From assembly GCA_024704765.1 (NCBI GenBank), contig JAKMXF010000306.1, forward strand, positions 360,620-424,619: 64,000 bases of DNA, written 5' to 3'. Position numbers and translations under genes: made by a program. The stretch's first letter is position 1. The number at the start of each line of letters is the position of its first letter. Source of the DNA: Oopsacas minuta (taxonomy: Eukaryota > Animalia > Porifera). Below are positions 26,600-38,759 of this stretch, one piece after another. The notes below the pieces were generated by a model. That model was given only the letters and a program-made list of their open reading frames with translations, did no database searches and was not told the origin of the DNA.

Positions 26600-27746
26600 T
26601 TGTAGATGTAATTGTTGTATCATTGTATATATTTATTAATTGCACTTCCTGCAATCTCGTTAATAACAGCCTGATCAGGTAGCTAGCATGTGTCCGCAAT
26701 ACATATCGTATGAGTGACAACCCTCCAAGTGATTGAGACTAGGTTGACATATGTTTGTATTTATTATGGTTAACAATATTTTGTGATGGCGATAGAGCTT
26801 TAGTGTTACAAATTAAACTTATCACTTTTTCCCCTACAATAGTGCTTTGTAATAAATTAAACTCTCGTTTACTAAATACAGTATGCAATATGCATGTCCA
26901 AGCAATCTCTGTAAATAGGTGATTAGGAGAACAATATTCATCAGGATAATCAGCAGAAACTTCTATATTATTAAACAATAAGGGCTGGAGTGTTAGATAC
27001 GTAGGAAAAGGAAAAATACCACGTTTTAACGAATTATGGCACCGCTTTTCCCCAAATATCAAAACCTTTCTGAAAAAGTTGTTCTTGGTTTCAATGAACA
27101 AAATTTAAGCATGGGAAACAATATATTTGATTCATAGAAAAAGTAGCAATCCAAGGGTAGATATCATACCAACCAGTCTGAAAACTACTACACTTGTGAT
27201 TTGTTTATTGTATTATCAAATATCGCGTGGGGCACGAGAGGAGAATAGGCTGGGCAGAACCAGTATCCGTAGGAATTTGTGAATACAAGGATGGAATTTT
27301 ATTAGGGTCAGTTAATTTGGATACTCCCAAGGATGCTTGATTCCATTTGAATTGATACATACACACTTGCCTAACCGAATTTTCATCAAGAGAGGAGTCT
27401 TCAGAGGATCTCTGACTAATTACCAGGGCGTAAGTAGCATTTAGGCAGATGAGGCAACTGCCTAATCCCTTATTGTATTTGCCATTCTAATGTGGCAAAT
27501 ATTCATCTTTGACTCCTCCCTCTAGAATCTCTAGCTACGCCCCAGATTTAGAGAGAGGTTGTCAATAGTAGTCAGAGATATAAAGACGTTGAAGTGAATA
27601 TTATAAAATAAATTGTGATTGAAATTGCTATATAAAAGATATAAAATGTATATACTATTGACAAATAATTTTCAAATATCCTAGAGAAGCCCATGAAATG
27701 TTGCGGAGCACGCACTTCCCAAACCTCCCCTGTAGATCCGTGCCTG
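26600..27746 (-). mobile_element. hAT (ZMYM1-like, TTF zinc finger) 5' remnant
   Basis: Putative 5' end CAGGCACGGATCTACAGGGG at 27746. Minus-strand SFQTGWYDIYPWIATFSMNQIYCFPCLNF...QKGFDIWGKA matches the TTF-type finger; a weaker LLIILMNIVLLITYLQRLLGH resembles the (R)QGLxLRGH motif. Confidence 0.5.
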
Positions 27747-28680
27747 GAAGTCACAAAATCTAGAATTTTATCTTTTTGGGTATTGCATGATGTTTGCAAT
27801 ACTGCAACACGAACAACTTTTCAATTTGATCATTCTGCATAAAGAGATTATGTAATAATTATTAATATTAAACTTGCTATAATGAGCTAAATTTAGTGGT
27901 TCATCTTTATGGGTATCATCACTTCATATATCTAAATGAATGCTTCACGCATGTCTGTCTCTACGACATCACAAGGGCTCAAATAAGTCCGAAAAACGGT
28001 TTAGATTCTGAGCAAAAATGAAAGTCTGAAATAGTTCCTAATAGTATAAAATGTGGGAAGAGACTTAAATCACATTAAGAGAAAATTAACTGCGGCAATA
28101 GAAACGGCCATGAATATATAAGAATCAACAAATGAATATATATATATAAATATTCAGGTTTGGAAGCCCATTCTTAACGCTTTTAAAAGGAGATGTGGCC
28201 GTGTGTTGTACTAAATATACAATTAATACAAAGTACAATCGAAACCATAAATTTCAAACGTTTGCAATATATCCTTGACCTGCAAACCTACTATATTATA
28301 ATTAAAATAATAGATAAATATAAAATGTGAAACCAAAATTACCTTGAAGGCTTTGTTATTTTCAACCAATTTGTACATACTGAACTTGCTAGTGAATACT
28401 CATTTAATATTTTTGTAGTCAACTCAAGACGAATAATTTCATCAGGAAATATTCTATATTTTGGTATTCAATGTCCTCCTTGTTGGAATATCCAGAGCCT
28501 ACTATAGATAAGGTCTGACATAACAGAAAAAGGATGCGTGACCCGACGAAACAAATTCCACATGATATCGATATTGTAAAAACGGTGCATTTCTTCAGAA
28601 GGAAATATTGCATAATTGTAAAACATCAAATGTATAACCATTAATTGGTGAAAATTTCAGAAATGTATAAAAGTTGTGTC

Positions 28681-29995
28681 TAGTAAGCATGTATTTAGTA
28701 TTAATCACTCCAAAGGTTTATGGTATGCAGACAATTGAATGCCTCATTATTACTATACTTTAGTGACCCACATTTCTACTCCTGATCAAAACAATATTAT
28801 TTAGTTAGATCTATCTTTGTATTAGTCACATATATAATCCCATTGCTCATTTTTACTATTGAGTTTTCATGACTTCTTACTCAAACTCTTCCGAAATTGA
28901 ACAACGAACTTATATAAAATTTCGTACGCTACGTGAAATCCTATCGAAGTATATCCATGAATTCCTGGTTACTGTCTCTAGAGATGAGGCACTTTCCTAT
29001 TCTACCGTTAGGAGATGGGTTAACCTCTTCAGGAGTGGAACGTCTTCTGTCGTAGATGCCCCTCGTTCTGGAGCCCCGAAATTGTTGACGAATGAAGGTA
29101 AAAGGTCAGAGGTGACAAAATTGGTAGAGTACTACCCTGGCTCTTCTGTTTAAGAAATTACTAGCTATGCGAACATCTCAACGGGAAGTGCTCATAAAAT
29201 TCTTACGACTTAATTAGAGTTGAGAAATGTTTCAAGTACGATAGCTACCACATTCCTTAACATTTAAACTGGAGGAGGATAGAGTCAAAATGTACGAAAG
29301 AAACCTAGAAATTTACAAACGAGTCGATCCCAGGAGATTATTTGAAATTGTGACAGGAGATGATTTAAAGTGGATACCACTCAGTCCACCAAATAGAATG
29401 CAGGGAAGGTTGGCTCAAGAAAGGAGAGGTACGCCCAGGCTTCTGTGATTTCTCTATTGTATAGTTCTCTATGACTTCTCTATGCATAGTTTCGATGCCT
29501 TAGGTCCAGTAGCTCAGATACCTATGTCAAAAGGCCAGACACTTACTGGAACATTTACAGCGAAGTAGTATCACCAGAAGTTAAAAAGTATTATACCAAA
29601 CGTCGTCCAAAAGCAAGCACTCATGGATTGAAGATTCTTCACGATAATGCCCCGCCGCATAAAAGTTGGCTGTTAGACAAAAAATTAAAGATATGGGGAT
29701 GGAAGAGGTCCTACACCCTCCACACTTACCAAAAATAGTGCCATGTGATTTTTGGTGGTTCGCAAGTTGAAAGATCACATTTCTGGGCATGACTTTAGGG
29801 ATAGAGTCTGCTTCGGACGAGCTATTGTCATTATCTTAATAACATACCTAAAGAAGGTGCAAGATGACATTTGAAAATTGGAATAAGCGATTGAATTCAG
29901 TTGTCGACTACTATCTCGAACATTATCAATAAAAGTAGGAATTTTTAAACAGCTATTTCTTATGGATAGTGATTAGTATTTATTGAATGCCACTA
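28681..29995 (+). mobile_element. Degenerate mariner (DD34D) element
   Basis: ORF EQRTYIKFRT...YSTVRRW...DAPRSGAP, later VTGDD, HDNAPPH and HPP...PCDF remnants; right TIR-like end aatgccactata, left end poorly conserved. Confidence 0.78.
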
Positions 29996-30049
29996 TATAA
30001 TTCTTGGATAAGTTGTAGAGCGATAAATATTGCATTTTTTATTTCCAAG

Positions 30050-32280
30050 AAATACAAGACATGATCTATAGATAAATTCGTACAGGATGTAACATTCTCG
30101 ATATTAACCTTGGCAAGTGTTGAGTTACAAAAAAGACCGGGTATGAAACTTTGTTCATGAATATCCGATTAAAGCTCGATACACAGTGGTTTGGGGCATG
30201 GAATAGGGCAAAATTACATAGTCATGGAAATACGTTTTTGTACTTCGAATATATATGTCAACCATTACTTACATATTATGCAATCCAAAGTAATAATTCA
30301 GATTGAATGCCTACAGAGCATAACTGTCTTGGCAAAGTTGGAGGAATTTTCAGTATGAAAAATGAATTATTGCGGTTTTGAAATATTAATTATTTTCTAA
30401 TCTGGCAAGCTATATATATTTTACTGATTAAAGAAATTACTTTTCAACAGCCCTACTAGGGCGTTCAGTAAGTCTTGCGGGTGATATCATAGAATATGAT
30501 CCAAACATTATACACACTAATTCACTATATTATGTATTCAAAGTAATCCCCTCCTGCAGATACACAAAGTTTTAACCTTTCCACCCTAGTAGACACATTT
30601 CTGTACTCTTCTTCGGGAATGGATTTGAAGTACTCATATAGGCCCGTTCGAGTGCTTTGAATGTGTTAAAATCTTTACCTTGAAGGTAGATTTTAAGCTT
30701 AGGGAATAGCCAAAAATCACACAGTGCAAGGATCTGGAGAGTAAAGTGGATGGGGAAGTAATTCTAACCCTTCTACATCCAAGAAACTTTTGGTAAGCTT
30801 AGCTGTATGGGAACTGGCGTTATCAATTAATATCTACATTCCTCGAGTTCCGGTTTTCGGGCGGTACTTTTCTATATTTTTTATCAAATTTGGAAGCACT
30901 TGCTCTGTAAAGAAAGAAGCAGTAACAGCCATGCCACTCTCACAAGGTAATTGCAAGACAATTCCATGACTACTGAAGAAGATGGTATACAAAATCTTAG
31001 GTTTTCTGAAGTCGGGCCTAAGAATTTTCGCCTGTTGTTCGTCGCCCCTCACCCATGATCGCTTCTTATACTTGCTATATGGTGTTGAATAGTACACCCA
31101 CGTCCCCTCACCACTAATAATCTTTGTTAGGCGTCTAGAATCGCAGTTCTCATAAGTTTCCAAGAGTTTCTTGGCAGTATTCAGTCATGCCAACCTTTGA
31201 TTCTCACTGAGCTTTTGCGGGACCCATTTCCTATAAATCGATCGGTAGCCAAGCTCAGTCGTCAGAAATGCATAAATGGCTCCAGATGAAATCTCCATAC
31301 TTTGTTCTAACTGATTGACAGTAATGCACTTGCCTTTCATGGCCATACTTTCAATGAGTGCGATATTCTCTGAAGTGGTGGCGGATACCGGTCTTCCAGA
31401 TCGAGGCAAATCTGTGACATCAGCATCACCAGATCTAAAACTGGCAGCCCATCGCTCTACAGTAGATCTGGACGCACAATATCTCCTGTAACTCGCTGAA
31501 GATCTGTACGGGCTGGATCTTGAGTATTGTGCGAAATTCTATGTAAGCTCGCCATTTGAGGTTGAAATTATCATCCTTTGAAGCCATAAATTCAACAGTG
31601 GGTATAAATTCACTATACGTACTAACTCAAAAATTCGTAATTTGTATTGAATAAGGTTGAAACTTTCAGTACGTATATGGAGTTTAACTATATGGGCTTA
31701 TAATATATGAAAGTTAGATATATTACTTGACTAATTCCTAAGATATATCATGACCCGCAAGACTTATTGAACGCCCTGATAATTGTTGGAAATGAAACAA
31801 ACTTATCAAATATGTGCATTTGTATTCTGCAAGACAAATTTTGTTCGCGGACAATGTTTGCGCCTGGTTTTGATGCCTGCGACGCAATCCCCAGACTATT
31901 CGCGATTTCATCACAAACATCAGTAGCTTTATGGAAAGATTTCCACAAATATATTTGAAAACTTAATAGATTACACTGCGTAACACAATCTTTGTTTGCT
32001 CCAATTTTTGATGTCTCCTTATGTTTTTTGGATCGCTGAATTCAATAATCGTGTTAGTTTTTCCATATCACCAATGCTTTTTGACGTATTTACACTTTCT
32101 GCATTTTCCGAACAAGTTGTGTTATTCATATATGCAAATTTACCTACAGCTCTTGTAATAGATTTAAACACGTAATGATGTGTTGATAAGTGAATTTGAA
32201 CATGAAAATCAAAACCAAACAGTACATTACTGATTACAAATCCTAAAGAAAAAAAATGCACTCATGTTAGAGAGTTAAAA
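30050..32280 (-). mobile_element. Possible hAT C-terminal remnant interrupted by mariner copy B
   Basis: Weak matches only: VLFGFDFHVQIHL and DEIANSLGI on one side, CVSSFNRIFMNK...STLAKVNIEN (dimerisation-domain-like) on the other. Confidence 0.3.
30456..31779 (-). mobile_element. Mariner (DD34D) element, defective; copy B, inverted near-identical copy of 11519-12846
   Basis: TA|CTAGGGCGTTCAGTAAGTCTTGCGGGT left end. Internal sequence is the reverse complement of copy A with few substitutions and a small deletion near the 3' end. Confidence 0.92.
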
Positions 32281-32829
32281 TATTTCAAAAGTGAACTATT
32301 GAACGAGCTTTTCTTTTCTGACGAGAAATGTCTTCCCTTATCAAAAACCACATGTAATCCCCCATCATTGCACTGTCCCAGCGGCCTCCCGCATATTAAT
32401 TATTACGTCATATCATTTCGTCCAATTATCCAAAATGCCAGTTAGCCAAGTATTGTATCGGACAGACAATTCAAATATATTATTTAAAAACAGAAAATTG
32501 ATACAAAAGTTACCCTCGGTATAGGCAAATTATTAATACGGTTTCTCGTATATTAATTATGACATCATACACAGTTTACTTATGCAAATCCAGTTTAGCC
32601 AATATATTTTCAAATTATCTCATTAAACATAATTAAACACATGAAATCAATTAGAATAATCATTTAGGTCAGTAGGGCAGTATTTTGAGATCAATTTCAT
32701 TACTAACGAAGCGATTGAATATATGTTGAAAAGCAAAAGTGAAACATTTGCTAATTTTCAAAATCACGGAAGGGATCATGTTTGTAAAATGAGGCTAGAA
32801 AATAATTTTCTTGCCTAGACATTGGATTG

Positions 32830-35560
32830 GTTCTGTTTAACAGAATCCTCTCTCTATTCTGACAACTATATCGAATAGAAAGGTATCCATAATCAATAAA
32901 TCTTTCCAATCATATTCAGTCTCGTAAATTGTCCTGGAAAAATTTTTCGCGAAAATTTTCTCTGAAATTCCTAACATATCAGAGTTGGCAGGTTTTGTCC
33001 ATGTGGTAAAAACCGTCCTGTCCAAAACCTCCTGACTGGATAAAACTGGTCAAAACTGGTCAAAACCTAATTTTATTACTAGTGCATGTTACTTGTATAT
33101 TTTATATGCTGAATAAATACTTGTTGATAGTAAGAAAAATATAACAATACATTAATGTTTAATTCACCTATATTCGTTACCACTCTAATTCTTGGCATCT
33201 TCTCAATTCTCTATAACAAACTACTAATTTGCTCGCTTTATCGATTCCCAATCTGTTCCATAGTTCTGTTTGAATTAAACCAAAATTCGAGAAAATCCTT
33301 CAATACTTGCGGAACTTGACGGTAGGATTAATAAGTTGATAGCTAAATCACAAAACTCATCAGCTACTAAGTTTTTCGATTTTTTAATGGCCTTCCACCA
33401 AGTTACTGGATTTAATGCATCTGTGCATTCAAATATAGATGCGGGAAATGGTGGTTCTTTTGCCTGAAACTGATAAAGTTGCGGCAAAAGAGAAGCATTT
33501 AGTTGAATAAGCAAACCCCTCGCTTCTTCTTGTTGTTCACATGAAAGCCTCTGCCCCATGTACTTCGGATTGATCATGTTGGCTAGGAAGTGAGTAGGTG
33601 TGGTTGCTTGTTTGAATCGTTTCTGAATTTTGCCTAGGTGACTTGTCAGCTCGTCTAACTGGATTAATTTCATCCACTCTTCGCAAGAACCTGCAACGTT
33701 AGACTTTTCCCCTTGTAACTTGTCCAATGATGTTGCAATCGGTTTGAGTTGGTCATAAAGATTTTTAGCCCCACGATAAAGGCCAACGTTGTTGATTTGA
33801 TTTGCAATAGACAAGTCGATAACATCTTCATGTTGTGCCAGAATGTTCAAAAGGAAAGGCCTATTTGTCAGGTATGTCTTGTTACACTGCAATTGACTAT
33901 TCCACCGTGTCACGACTGGTAATTGAGGTTTAAGGGATCCCTTTGTGCAGATAGGAGGGCTCCAGGATTGTGATGGTTGCGAAAATATTTATTTATCTCT
34001 GTAATATGAGAAATAATTTGGGAAGGGGTGATATCCTTCTCCAACAGGTTCAATAAATGCGATGCACAGCCGTATACTGAAAGTGAGCTGTCAAGCAATT
34101 TCAACTTTGAGCGCATTGACTGCATTTTTTGTTCATTGTCAGTAACGACAGCAACAACTTTACACCCAAATTTATCAGTTGCTTCTTTGGACGCTTCAAT
34201 AGCTAAAGAATTACAATAAGTAGCAGTTTTCTTATTTGATCCAGTGTCAACAGAATTCAGAAAATAAGATCTTTCTCCTGAATGTACACAATAGGCAATT
34301 ACTGGGAATTGTGTATGTCACTCCATCCATCCTGTACTAGAGTAACATCCTTCCCTTCCAGAGCTGAAGCAGTCATGGTGGTTACTTCATTAAATGTCTT
34401 GTCAAGAAGACCTCCAGCTAGACTTTTCCTTGTAGGAGGTGTATAACCAGGTCTAAGTATAGAAATTGTCTTTTTGAATACGTCATTCTCAGCGAGGTTA
34501 AAAGGAAGATTACAAGCATAAAATAAGCGAGCAATTTGATTGTCGAGAATTTCTTTCTGGTGAGAGCTGGTCTTTATTGTGAAATCATTCAACTTGGATT
34601 GAATGATCTTATGACATACACATTTTTCTGGTGGTATAGTTGTGTCACCACTGTTAAAAGGTACTAATATTTCAGGAAGGTCGTCTTTAGGAAAATTATT
34701 TTTGAGTTGGCTTTGAGAGCATTTTTCAAGATGAGTTCTAAGCTTCCCAGCCTTTGCACTGATCATAGCACTACATTTTATACACTTCGCTCGTATTTTT
34801 CCACCATCTTCAACTTTGATGAAAAATTTGCATACTGAATCAATGGGCCTTCCTCCTTGTGCCATTTCAAACTGGTCAATTTATGTAAGTAAGATATACA
34901 ATCTGCACGATAGTAGTCAATTTCTATAATATCACAAATGCTTTGGATAATTATAACCGTTTAGAAAGTATATATATACGAATACATTATTAGTATATTA
35001 ATTGGTTGAAACCACACATTTTATGATCACTTTACTGTTTCATTATAAGCCAGTGTCAATAGTATATTCCCAAAGCAAAATAAGATATCAACAAGTAATA
35101 TAGGTATTCTTATTATTGAAGGGTATAGAATTGACCAGTATTGCCCGGTTTTGGCCGGTAAAAACTGGGTTTTTTCCACTGTCTGTCCAAAACCAGTTTT
35201 GGACAGGGCAAAACCCAACCCTGTAACATATTTATTACATTCTTCGAAAGGCTCCTCTGAAAGACACTTAAAGGCATTATCATTGTCAGATATTAAATCA
35301 ACAGTATGGACCAAGAACGTAGGTAAAGTCGGTGGCTTTCAAGCCATGTTTGAACATGATCATTATGTTTAGCGATAGTGAAACCAATTAATTAATAAAA
35401 TGTATGGGTGAACTTCACATAAAAACCTAATTTTGAAACACATATCGAAACACATCGAAAAATTCATCCTGTATAATTGTTCCAACCGCCACAAAATTAT
35501 GCTCTACAAGCTGAGCAATGTACTCAACTTATGGTGAGCAATTCTGCTAAACTCTTAGCT
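32830..35560 (-). mobile_element. Transib/RAG1-core-like transposase C-terminal relic, split by a hAT insertion
   Basis: Removing the hAT and one TAACATAT copy gives the contiguous frame PPTLPTFLVHTVDLISDNDNAFKCLSEEPFEECNK-YVRNFRENFREKFFQDNLRD, matching the Transib/RAG1 pattern HxxxxH...SEExxExxNKxxRxFR. Confidence 0.55.
32980..35223 (-). mobile_element. hAT transposon (BED zinc finger type), full-length ends, frameshifted transposase
   Basis: Perfect 8-bp TSD TAACATAT (32972-32979 and 35224-35231); termini CAG(A/G)GTTGG; clustered subterminal AAAAC(T/C)GG repeats. BED finger (AKCIKC...HLEKC), DGWSDI, GCASHLLNL, TRWNS, NPVTWW and SSASIE. Confidence 0.92.
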
Positions 35561-35934
35561 TCATGAGAAAGAGCGTTCAAAATTACTCAAAGTGATGAAA
35601 TTCAATCCATTGAATCACTAAAACTGTATATCCAAATGTGCAGATAAAAATTGGAATATTTGATTATTCCATAGTAAAAACATATATTGAAGTATGCGCT
35701 GTTTCGTCAACCTCAAAATTGAGAAATATTGGCTACTTTCAAAGTACAAAACCCCTGTAGATATAAAAGTATGCAGATTCAGGATAAAACTCATTTATGA
35801 ATTTCAGATAGAAACTTTTGACCGATTACCCCCGTTAAACCACTTTGCCTTGATTGTTCCTGATGGCGCAGAATATTTTTCCCCAGCAACAAATTAAATT
35901 TGAAAAACAGTAAAAGAAGAGTCTATAAACTTAC

Positions 35935-36735
35935 TGCACCAAATTCACCGCTACCAATTTCATTATATAATTGTAATTGAGATGAATCAATTATTGGTAT
36001 TTTTTGAGTTAATTTTATAAAGTTGTCGTTCATCCACTCAGAAATATGAGAATAATCAGAAGCTATCGGAGGAAGGTGATTCTGAAATCTAGATGTATTT
36101 GTATTTGATGAACAATAGGCAGTTCTATGAGAACGATTGATTGATTTGGCATCAATAGGTGTAAATCCACTGTTGGAATGAAGACCATGAGATTTCAGAG
36201 GACATACAGCCATTTTCAGGGTTGTAGGTAATCCATCAGCGAATTTCGAATAATGTGCAACTATTGACGGGAGATTAGAAAATATCGGGCCATCATCAAT
36301 ATAGAACCATTGATCTGCTAAGGAAACAATGACAAAATGGTATGGTATTTTATTGTCAACCAAAGACAATGCATAATATCCAGCTCTCTTAGAATTTGGG
36401 CGGACTAGAAAGAGCCCTTGAGACAGCCCGTTTGCTTCCAATAAATTATTAGCATCTTCACGAGAAAGATTTGGATGAAGCCATTCTACTGATGTGGTGA
36501 GAGGTGCTGGTTTATCAACCTCAAATCTCTCAAGAATTTCCATTATATCCACTTTGTTGTATCTTTCAGCAAGCGAATATGGAATATCAGCGTCTGGAGT
36601 ACGAGGCCGAGATGGCGCGCCATGATGCAAAAGAATTTCAACTACATCAGAGTGTCCATGAACTACAGCTTCGTGGAGGGCAACCCAGCCAGTAAGAGAG
36701 TTTCTATCTTGCAAATTAGAGATCCCGGGTAAAAC
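35935..36735 (-). CDS. shark: Internal exon of the Shark/HTK16-type kinase: ankyrin repeats + SH2 + linker + start of kinase P-loop
   Basis: Acceptor ttttctattatag|GTT at 36735 (the in-frame TAG is the acceptor itself). Ankyrin GWVALHEAVVHGHSDVVEILLHHGA; SH2 WLHPNLSRE...GLFLVR...WFYIDDGPIF...HYSKFADGLP; ends IGSGEFGA|gtaagt. The ANK-SH2-kinase order is diagnostic of Drosophila Shark / Hydra HTK16. Confidence 0.9.
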
Positions 36736-38759
36736 CTATAATAGAAAATACGAAATGACATATCAAATTTCTTGAATAGTAATCTCCCATCGAATTATCT
36801 CATCATTGAATAGTTCTCTTGTTAGGACTAATAAAATGAAATAACTGCCAATTTGGAATAATTATTCCTGTATAAACCCATAGATATGAACATAAAGAGA
36901 TTAAGGTGCTTACAAAAAAAAGTGGCCTCTTTTTGGGGCATGAAATTCACAATAGCCACTAAGACTATTGAAGGAAATAAGGTAATTAAATACAAGTATC
37001 TAAGAATGAACACAGTAATATAAGGACTGGAAATTATAATTTTAGGACCGGGGATTAATAAGTAGTGCATTGCAGTTGATTACAAGTAGTACAAATAACT
37101 GCTGATTATCAAATATACGGTAGATATCATTAAGTAAAGTTCAATTATGAATAGTCGAAAGATATTTGAATACAAAATATTTTCATGATAAGTTTGGAAA
37201 GTTCTTGAGGTACTGCTAAGACCAGGGATTGCAATTGTTTGTCAATATTCAATTATAACTTGATAACAATTATGGTCAATCAAGTTAGCCAATTATAATG
37301 CTACATACCCAACCCAACATGCCCTGATGATACATTTGATATTACATCTCGTACAATAGGGACGTATTCCTGAGTCATTTTCAAGATTGTAAGATAACTT
37401 TCAGAGATATGATATATAAATGTATTATCAGGGTATGGTAAGTTGGGTATGTATTTTAGATGGGATATACTGTAGATAGGCTTTGACCAAAATTGGAACA
37501 ATAATCGAGTTAAAAGTGACATATTTTGCGCTATGTATTGCTTCTAAGTTCGAGATTTTTCCGACATATTAACTTATTAGTCGATCACAAGAATATTTTT
37601 CTAGCAGAAATATCAAGATGTATGATGTATTCCATCATATTTGCGAAACCTGATGCTAGTCCAGTATATTTACCAATATCAAGAGTAATTTGTACCTAGA
37701 ATCAACTACAGTGCACTTCTTATCCTTCTCAAAGCAAATCCTTGCTAGTTTTTGTTTACTTGGTACATGCTAGTATATATTTTGGAGGATAAAGATAGTG
37801 CGCGATTTTCCAGAGAGTCAGGAAGAAAAAATTTGGAAGTACATTCATGGACAGTTCTATCCATGGGCGAAAAAATAGTTTATCACACTTCAGCTCGATT
37901 CCAAACATAAACCTTACGTATCATATACTGTAAAATCAATGTAATAATAAAACATACCACATGTTCTGTAATCACCCAAAAACGCCCAGAATTCTATGCA
38001 AAAAAAGGAAGACAGTAAAGTAATGAATAAAGATGCAATAAATGGAAGAAATTTAACTAGAAAGAAATCATTGGCAAAATATCGGCACACCTACCTTTTT
38101 CCCATAAAAAGAATCCATGCTTATCCCTGGTCCAGAAAATAAATGTCTTTCCAATCCTAGAATTACATAGCCCACCGTGTAATCTAAATCAGGCGTGAAC
38201 GTGACATAGGTAATAGAAGTAAACAGCATTTTCAGTCTATATATGATATTTATGTCTATATTTTGCCATTTACGGATTGATAAATAACCTTCATAGATAC
38301 CTTAATAATCACAACAAATCCATCGTTACGGTATTGATAGTAGGGTAAACATTATTTATTGGTTAGATTGATTGAACTGATATCAGTAAAGTGAAACTAA
38401 GAGATCTAAAACATTACATGATTTTGGAAGTATTTCGAAAACATAGGACAGTATTTCTGAAAAAATTCATCGGAATATGCTGTTAGAAATGCTGAATTTG
38501 AATAATTAAATTACTATCCTATATTTCTCAGGCTTAGAGATTGACTCTATATATTGTTGTCAAGGAATTATTAGGCATTATATAATATCTATTGAGGATT
38601 GAAATGATTTATCGCTACTTCTGACAGACCCAAGTAATCTCAAACAAATTTAATTTGCATGAATATCCATAATATAAACAAACATTTTGTGCAATGTAAA
38701 ACATGGATTCTTGCTAAATATATATTTGCCATTCGACAATTTAGCTAGTTCCATATAGT

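Larger units (their letters stand above)
2378..35934 (-). other. 33,557-bp phase-0 GT-AG intron of the Shark/HTK16-type kinase
   Basis: Donor GCA|gtaagt at 35934 and acceptor ctttag|GTG at 2378. Joining gives GSGEFGA-VYSGKF, a perfect GxGxFGxV kinase P-loop with no residues missing. Confidence 0.85.

Noticed and set aside
26739-27101. 120-aa ORF as a Polinton/Maverick DNA polymerase B fragment (KRGIFPF)
   Set aside because: The resemblance is a few residues only; the overlapping frame gives a better match to a hAT TTF zinc finger, next to a hAT-like terminus.
30182-30188. RSS-like heptamer CACAGTG (also near 41493)
   Set aside because: No ACAAAAACC-like nonamer at 12 or 23 bp, and no link to the RAG1-like relic.
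11519-31779. Composite transposon bounded by the two mariners
   Set aside because: TA TSDs are uninformative, each copy has both of its own ends, and there is no evidence the 17.6-kb interior moved as a unit.
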